Positions 58,568-64,000 of a DNA stretch of 64,000 nucleotides are shown piece after piece. Source of the DNA: a virus; IMG/VR virus record IMGVR_UViG_3300027733_000030, positions 64,001 to 128,000 of that record, one strand, 5' to 3'. The stretch's first letter is position 1, and each line of letters opens with the position of its first letter. Position numbers and translations under genes: made by a program. The notes under the pieces were generated by a model. The model saw nothing but the letters and a program-made list of their open reading frames with translations, was not told where the DNA came from and did no database searches.

Positions 58568-59671
58568 TTACACCTTAATATGGAGTTCCTGATCTTTTTC
58601 TCTTCTTGGAAATTTTTTATATTTATCCATAATCCAATACTTAAAACCCTCTGGACATTCAGGGTCTAAATGATCTTCTTCCAGAATTGTTGAATCACTA
58701 AATATAAATTTAGATAAAGTTTGTGGAGTTAATGACATTATCTCATCAATAATTTCTTGAGGAATTTCCAATGCCATAACAACCTCATGAGATAGCAAAG
58801 CTGCTGGTTCTCTGTTTTGTAATTCTAGATAAGCCCAGTTCCATTCTAAGATTATTCTAAATAATTCATGAATTGTTCGAGCTTCAATATGAGGATGCTT
58901 CTTCCACGTTAGATGTCCACCATTTTCTACATACTCAGGAATCGATTCATGATACATGACAAATGCATGAGGACATAGGTCTAACATAGTAATTAATCTT
59001 CCGTGATACTTGCCTGACTCAGCGATAGCTTTTCCATATTCAATTTGTTCTTTCATGAAATTATCACTATTATTTAGTTCCTGCATGCTCTGCATCATAA
59101 AATTATTGGCTGAACAAACTTCTGCATACATCTCTCCATTTACTTTTGGCGTTGCATTCCATAGTGCAAATGATCTAATCATTCTATTATCCGGATATCC
59201 TGACAATGCTATATCCCAATCTAATCTATTCTGATTCCATGTTAAATTAAAATCTGGAGACAGAGCTGGCTTTTCTTTTGGCGGAGCCCAATGCCCTTTA
59301 TCTTGATTCCATACCCATTGTTCATGGGGCATAATTTCTGGATCGGTATGTCCATTCAACTCATCAAACGGGGGGGCCGTACTAATATTAAATACATCTC
59401 TAGTTCCATTCATGACTTGAAGTGGATAATCAGAGTTACTGTTTACAAATTCTCTTAATTCTTCAATTGAATGAATTTTAATATTAAAAAAATTAATTGA
59501 TTCTTCTGTCAAATTTGAAAAATCAAAATCATCATTAACTTTAGAAATAGATAATTGACCAAAATAAGAATCAAGTAAAAAAAATGTCTTATCACTAGAC
59601 GGAAAAAAAATGCCTAAAGTTTCATATATATTTATATTATTTTTATATTGAGAAAACGTTACATATTTCAT
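58568..59671 (-). CDS. Tail-fibre-associated hypothetical protein, paralogue A (367 aa)
   Basis: WVWNQDKGHWAPPKEKP...WNQNRLDWDI; ELFRIILEW..AY.E..NREP.A shared with paralogue B. Confidence 0.6.
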   Translation of the reverse strand: MKYVTFSQYKNNINIYETLGIFFPSSDKTFFLLDSYFGQLSISKVNDDFDFSNLTEESINFFNIKIHSIEELREFVNSNSDYPLQVMNGTRDVFNISTAPPFDELNGHTDPEIMPHEQWVWNQDKGHWAPPKEKPALSPDFNLTWNQNRLDWDIALSGYPDNRMIRSFALWNATPKVNGEMYAEVCSANNFMMQSMQELNNSDNFMKEQIEYGKAIAESGKYHGRLITMLDLCPHAFVMYHESIPEYVENGGHLTWKKHPHIEARTIHELFRIILEWNWAYLELQNREPAALLSHEVVMALEIPQEIIDEIMSLTPQTLSKFIFSDSTILEEDHLDPECPEGFKYWIMDKYKKFPRREKDQELHIKV

Positions 59672-59676
59672 TTTTT

Positions 59677-61809
59677 TTAATCATCCAGTGTTTCATAGGT
59701 TATATATACTTGCACTTCTGTTACTGTAGCATAGTATAATCCATCGCCTGAATAATAAGCGGAATCTATATCGAAAGCTATGTTATATGGTGGATCATTA
59801 ATAACATCTGGAGTTATTGTAGTCGATTGATATGCTGTCCTACTGCCTAGATTCCCATAGTAAACTCCGTCAACAACTATATTAGATAATGCGGGGGTAG
59901 CGGTAGGGCCAACTCTAATGGAGAACTGATATAGTTTTGCATTTCTATAACCAGTGGGTAATGACGGAGTGAAGTTTGCCGAGAATGATTCTGTCACTCT
60001 GGATGATACTTTACTGGATGTTGTGACAACATAAGATGCTTGACCGGTTGCTACAGACAACGGAACATCAGCCCCATAATCACCATCTATTCTTGTGAAG
60101 TAGTTATCTGCTGCTGATGTATAGTCACTAGTTCCGCCAAAAACGCTAACACTATTTCCAGCCGTAGTACTCACTATTAAAGTACCTCCAGAAGAACTAG
60201 TACAGTTACCTGGTGTTGTTCCTGTTGGAGCTAAATAAACTGTTCTTCCAGAAGCGGAATATACTAAGTAATTTTGGTTAAATGCACTATTACTACTTCC
60301 CGAAATCCTAACTTCATCGGCAAACTGTAGTATACATCTGGTGGCGGAGTCTAATGTCAGGACAACATATGCCGATTGTGTTGTATCTCTTGATAAAGAA
60401 GTAACTCCATATCTTAAACTGGAAATTGATGTAGATACTGATGGTCTTCCAGCCTCAATTGCATGATTGGAGTTTAAGTAATATAGGTTTGTGGCAAAAC
60501 CAGCAGTTCGTTGAAAAAAAGTTATTGGTTGATAATTGGTACTAGTTCCGTATTCTGTATGATAAGGATAAGAGAACCATATTGAACCTTGATTTCCGTC
60601 CGAACCCATGGAAGAGGTGTATCCTGAAGCGTTAGAACTCGATGTTGTACTACTGGCTGATATCCAGCCGGTATTATGGGAAGTCCATGTTTTCCCTCTT
60701 ATTGCGCCAGACCAATCACTCCAGTCCCCATACTCTACGATAGTTTCGTAATAAACCCTTGCCCTAAATCGGTATTCTCTTGATTGAATAACAGAAAAAT
60801 TTTGTCCATAATAACTTGTACTAGTTCCGGTAACAACTTCAGTTCCAAAGAATGAAGTTGTACCTAGCCAGGTAATACCGCCCCTAGCTCTATATTGCCA
60901 TTCCCACTGAATTTTTGCATTACCGTTATTATATGCATTAATATCAGTAAGTATGGCTAAATTGGTATCTGAAGTATAATCAGCAATCTTAAAGGGCACT
61001 TGCGCCTTGTGGAATGGATAAGTAGCAGTTCCGCTAGAAAAAGAACTATAAGTACTATAAGAGTTTATCGGAGACGCATAATACGTTGCTGCCGTACAGT
61101 AATAGGTTACATTTGGTGTCAAACCAGTAAATTGAACAGTTCTAGAAGCAGTTGTATCATCTAAGGGGAGAATGCTGCTATTAACTGTTTGGACAGGCGT
61201 AGTTCCGCCATAGATGTATAAGTCAAATTTGATATACGCAGTAACTCCGTTAGTTGAATAGTTGGCGCTAGAGCTAGATGAAAATGATATTTTTGTGGAA
61301 CTAATTGTCCCTGTGTTGGTTGGTGTTGTTGGCGTTGTCTTTGAGTATGATATTGTTGAGGCATCTAGTGTCAGTACTGTGCTAAATTCAACAAACTGGC
61401 CCGCTAAGTCATAGAATGCAATATAGGCTGAAAAATTATACGAAGTTCCTGGGCTCAAAGTAGAAAAGGTAAATGTTTGATTTATTGCACTAGTCGTCGG
61501 TGAAGCTGGGCTACTCTGAAAGTTTCCTGAATCATTTGTCCGATAGGCAAAGACTCTTTTATTTTCGGAACTTGACGTTTGTACTCTTACTGTTACGGAG
61601 GTTGGAGTTGCACTAACAAAACTAAAAGTTGGATTGGTATTAGTTATTCTTGAATAAAAAGTTGACCAATCATTTGCTCCCGCACCAGTTTTAATTTCTC
61701 CTTTATTAACACTTGCCCAATCGTTACCTCCTGGTCCTGTTTTAATTTGTGGATTAGTTACAGTTGTCCAGTCATTTGCCCCAGCTCCTGTTTTAATTTG
61801 TATAGTCAT
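59677..61809 (-). CDS. Tail fibre / receptor-binding protein with FN3 domains (710 aa)
   Basis: FN3 signatures TFSTLSPGTSYNFSAY, FTGLTPNVTYYCTA, REYRFRARVY...GDWSDWS; Ser/Thr/Tyr-rich. Confidence 0.7.
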   Translation of the reverse strand: MTIQIKTGAGANDWTTVTNPQIKTGPGGNDWASVNKGEIKTGAGANDWSTFYSRITNTNPTFSFVSATPTSVTVRVQTSSSENKRVFAYRTNDSGNFQSSPASPTTSAINQTFTFSTLSPGTSYNFSAYIAFYDLAGQFVEFSTVLTLDASTISYSKTTPTTPTNTGTISSTKISFSSSSSANYSTNGVTAYIKFDLYIYGGTTPVQTVNSSILPLDDTTASRTVQFTGLTPNVTYYCTAATYYASPINSYSTYSSFSSGTATYPFHKAQVPFKIADYTSDTNLAILTDINAYNNGNAKIQWEWQYRARGGITWLGTTSFFGTEVVTGTSTSYYGQNFSVIQSREYRFRARVYYETIVEYGDWSDWSGAIRGKTWTSHNTGWISASSTTSSSNASGYTSSMGSDGNQGSIWFSYPYHTEYGTSTNYQPITFFQRTAGFATNLYYLNSNHAIEAGRPSVSTSISSLRYGVTSLSRDTTQSAYVVLTLDSATRCILQFADEVRISGSSNSAFNQNYLVYSASGRTVYLAPTGTTPGNCTSSSGGTLIVSTTAGNSVSVFGGTSDYTSAADNYFTRIDGDYGADVPLSVATGQASYVVTTSSKVSSRVTESFSANFTPSLPTGYRNAKLYQFSIRVGPTATPALSNIVVDGVYYGNLGSRTAYQSTTITPDVINDPPYNIAFDIDSAYYSGDGLYYATVTEVQVYITYETLDD
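61663..61800 (-). repeat. Three 17-aa N-terminal repeats (Q/E)IKTG.G.NDW, 51-nt period
   Basis: QIKTGAGANDWTTVTNP / QIKTGPGGNDWASVNKG / EIKTGAGANDWSTF. Confidence 0.9.
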
Positions 61810-61818
61810 AATAAAATC

Positions 61819-63432
61819 CTAAGAAAGATATATATCTCCAATAGCGCCATCAGTTGGCCTTCCACTACCATATTTGATATTTCTTAAAATCATAGTATTT
61901 AAAGCTCCACCATTAGTTGTCACGCCAGCACTAAAACCATTAATACTTGATGTAACAACTCCACCACTAAACCAAGCTACTCCAGTTGGAGAAATAAATG
62001 ATAAAGTTGCCCCAGACCCTGCATATATACTACCGCCATATCCTCCTGGATCCCCGATGCTCCAGCCACCTATTGATCCAGATGACGCAGTTATTACTCC
62101 AGTAAAAGATGCTATGCCATCTGAACCTATTGAAACAGTATTGGTTCCTAACGCATTATATGCTTTTATTCCTGTTGAATTTATTTGCAGTCTTGCTCCA
62201 GAAGATCCAGTTTGAACATTTACAACACCTAGATTAATTGTTCCAGTAGTAATGACTCCACCACTAATTGCAGTTACATTAGAGTTTACTTGTCCCCCAG
62301 TAATTAAACTTGTTGCTGCAGTACCGCCAATAGTTAGAGTAGTTCCATTCCAACTCAATTGATCCTTTAAGGAAAATTGACCAACGTTGTCAACATAGAA
62401 CGCTGTGTTCGCATTATTGAAAGTTCCTGTTCCAATATACATTTTTGTAGAACTTATAGTTAGTCCTGCAATTGATCCACCAGTAATCGCATCACCATTA
62501 TCAAATGTCCCAGGGGTTGATCCATCTGCAAACTGCAGGGTACCTCTTATTGTTAATGATGTGCCATTCCATAAAACATAGTTAGTTGCATTTCCAGTTC
62601 TAAACTGACCATTAGAGTACCAGTAGTTGTATGTTGGGTCACCAATAGTCATGCCACCGTTACCACCGTTGATAGCTCCATTAATCTTTAATTGATTAGG
62701 GGCAGTTCCCACTGTAATGCTATCTGCGGATAAAGTCGCTGTTACGGAAACATCTGATCCAATTGATATACTATCATTGTCGTAAGTAATTCCATTTGGT
62801 CCGCCCAAACTAAAATGACCATCTCCTCTAATCTGCCAACCTTGTGTACCTGAAGTGTCCAGGTAAGTGGTTGATTGAATAATGGAGTTCGCTCCATTAA
62901 GATTGATGGTATGAGACCCAATTGTTCCGGCAGTTATTTTTGAGGCGGTTAAAGATCCAATATATTGATTGTCGATTAAGGGAGTGTGTGGGTCAGTTTG
63001 GACCAATGAAGTCCACGGTCCTACGTTTCCAGTTGTGTCGATAGTTCTTGCTCTACCCCAAAAAGGCGCAAGCCCGCCACCATCTTCTTCTAACTGGAGA
63101 TTACTTACTCTGACAGTAAATACGTTGGCGTCAGCAAAACCAGTTAATGGGCCATCTTCATCAGACATATTGGAATTTTCATATAATTCATATTCATATT
63201 TTCTTACGTCTAGATCTTGACTATAATCAAAAACAAACATAACATTTTCTAAACCAGCATAGAGTTTAAGATTAGTTAGTGCAGAGGGTGTTGTTGCGTC
63301 GGTTGGTACTTGAAATCTAATAGTGTCTGAATAATCAGAAAGAACATTTAAATCAGAGTTCTTAGCCCTGACGGTAAGAACGTATTCTTTTCCAGGTTTT
63401 AAATTTTCTATTTTCTTTTTTATAATAGCCAT
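61819..63432 (-). CDS. Tail tip / central-fibre-like protein with FN3 domains
   Basis: ENLKPGKEYVLTVRA, RARTIDTTGNVGPWT (FN3), GSLTASKITAGTI and ASSGSIGGWSI repeats typical of tail-tip fibre shafts. Start moved from 63447 to ATG 63432, next to the upstream stop. Confidence 0.7.
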   Translation of the reverse strand: MAIIKKKIENLKPGKEYVLTVRAKNSDLNVLSDYSDTIRFQVPTDATTPSALTNLKLYAGLENVMFVFDYSQDLDVRKYEYELYENSNMSDEDGPLTGFADANVFTVRVSNLQLEEDGGGLAPFWGRARTIDTTGNVGPWTSLVQTDPHTPLIDNQYIGSLTASKITAGTIGSHTINLNGANSIIQSTTYLDTSGTQGWQIRGDGHFSLGGPNGITYDNDSISIGSDVSVTATLSADSITVGTAPNQLKINGAINGGNGGMTIGDPTYNYWYSNGQFRTGNATNYVLWNGTSLTIRGTLQFADGSTPGTFDNGDAITGGSIAGLTISSTKMYIGTGTFNNANTAFYVDNVGQFSLKDQLSWNGTTLTIGGTAATSLITGGQVNSNVTAISGGVITTGTINLGVVNVQTGSSGARLQINSTGIKAYNALGTNTVSIGSDGIASFTGVITASSGSIGGWSIGDPGGYGGSIYAGSGATLSFISPTGVAWFSGGVVTSSINGFSAGVTTNGGALNTMILRNIKYGSGRPTDGAIGDIYLS

Positions 63433-63433
63433 G

Positions 63434-64000
63434 TTATCTGATTCCACCTATGGATACAAAAACTGCTTGATCACTAATTTGTTCTTTATTAATACTTAAG
63501 TATAAATTATAACTAAAAGAATAAGAAGATATTTTAATATTATTTCCAGAAGATATAATATTTTTATCGGTAATTGTTTGAAGTTCTAAATTATAATCTC
63601 TATAATTTAAATCATTATTTTCGTATAAAATAACATTTTCTTGCAATGTTGTATTGTAACAATCCACTACTATCCAGTCAAGTTCTAGGGCCATATTTGG
63701 AAACTCTACATTTTGCAGACCAGTTAATTTAAGTTTAAACTTTCCATAATCAGGTCCTTTATTGCCATATATTTGTATGCTTGGTCCTGTAAAAGTTAAA
63801 TACAATTTTGAACCTGGATTTGAGGAAAGACCATTATTCCAATCGAGATTTGGATTTATAAAAGAAAAGTTATAGGATGACTCCGATCCAGCAACAACGT
63901 CATAATCAGTTATATCTACTTCAGTAAATAATGAATTGAACTGAGCTTGCTCTGCTGATGTGACCTGGTAATCTTCAGAGCTCAATAATTTAACATATCG
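63434..64000 (-). CDS. Virion protein with galactose-binding-like jelly-roll domain; 5' end probably outside the window
   Basis: LTFTGPSIQIYGNKGPDYGKF...VDCY...ILYENNDL...SSGNNIKISSYSF matches a common jelly-roll pattern. The frame stays open from the track's TTG (63985) to 64000 (RYVKLL...). Confidence 0.65.
   Translation of the reverse strand, partial: RYVKLLSSEDYQVTSAEQAQFNSLFTEVDITDYDVVAGSESSYNFSFINPNLDWNNGLSSNPGSKLYLTFTGPSIQIYGNKGPDYGKFKLKLTGLQNVEFPNMALELDWIVVDCYNTTLQENVILYENNDLNYRDYNLELQTITDKNIISSGNNIKISSYSFSYNLYLSINKEQISDQAVFVSIGGIR

Noticed and set aside
2979-62215. The many other short ORFs in the track that are on the plus strand or nested out of frame on the minus strand
   Set aside because: All lie within longer, motif-bearing minus-strand genes and show no recognisable motifs or RBSs.
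63985-63985. TTG start given for the last ORF
   Set aside because: The frame is open to the window end with no RBS, so the gene probably starts beyond 64000.
1-64000. Stop-codon reassignment, tRNA genes, CRISPR arrays, integrase or transposase
   Set aside because: Code 11 gives near-complete coding density with multi-kilobase ORFs and all three stops in use; gaps are too short for such elements and none was recognised.

Overview
This 64 kb window is one uninterrupted minus-strand virion-morphogenesis cluster of a large, AT-rich, contractile-tailed (myovirus-type, probably jumbo) dsDNA phage, read in the standard code. In transcription order (right to left) it encodes: tail-tip/fibre genes (FN3 and jelly-roll proteins, two tandem paralogues); portal; a GT-A glycosyltransferase; a prohead protease/scaffold with an in-frame Dps (mini-ferritin) domain; a capsid decoration protein; an HK97-type major capsid protein; head/neck accessory and fibre proteins; adaptor, stopper, a sheath-like protein and a tail terminator; tail sheath; three tube paralogues; two chaperone paralogues; a 2206-aa tape-measure candidate; a 1605-aa protein with motifs of a circularly permuted two-barrel RNA polymerase; a 3662-aa hub-like protein ending in an SNase-like nuclease; a dual peptidase/transglycosylase virion lysin; spike, gp25-like and baseplate J-like genes; a 2054-aa baseplate/fibre protein; and a >1059-aa protein running off the left edge. 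I recognised no terminase, tRNA, CRISPR array, integrase or transposase. The most interesting signals are (1) the putative virion-packaged two-barrel RNAP, (2) the Dps-in-scaffold fusion, reminiscent of encapsulin cargo loading, and (3) an Ala-Thr-Pro motif strongly enriched in external virion proteins and absent from internal ones, in a cluster that also encodes a glycosyltransferase. All functional calls come from motif recognition by eye; no database search was run.
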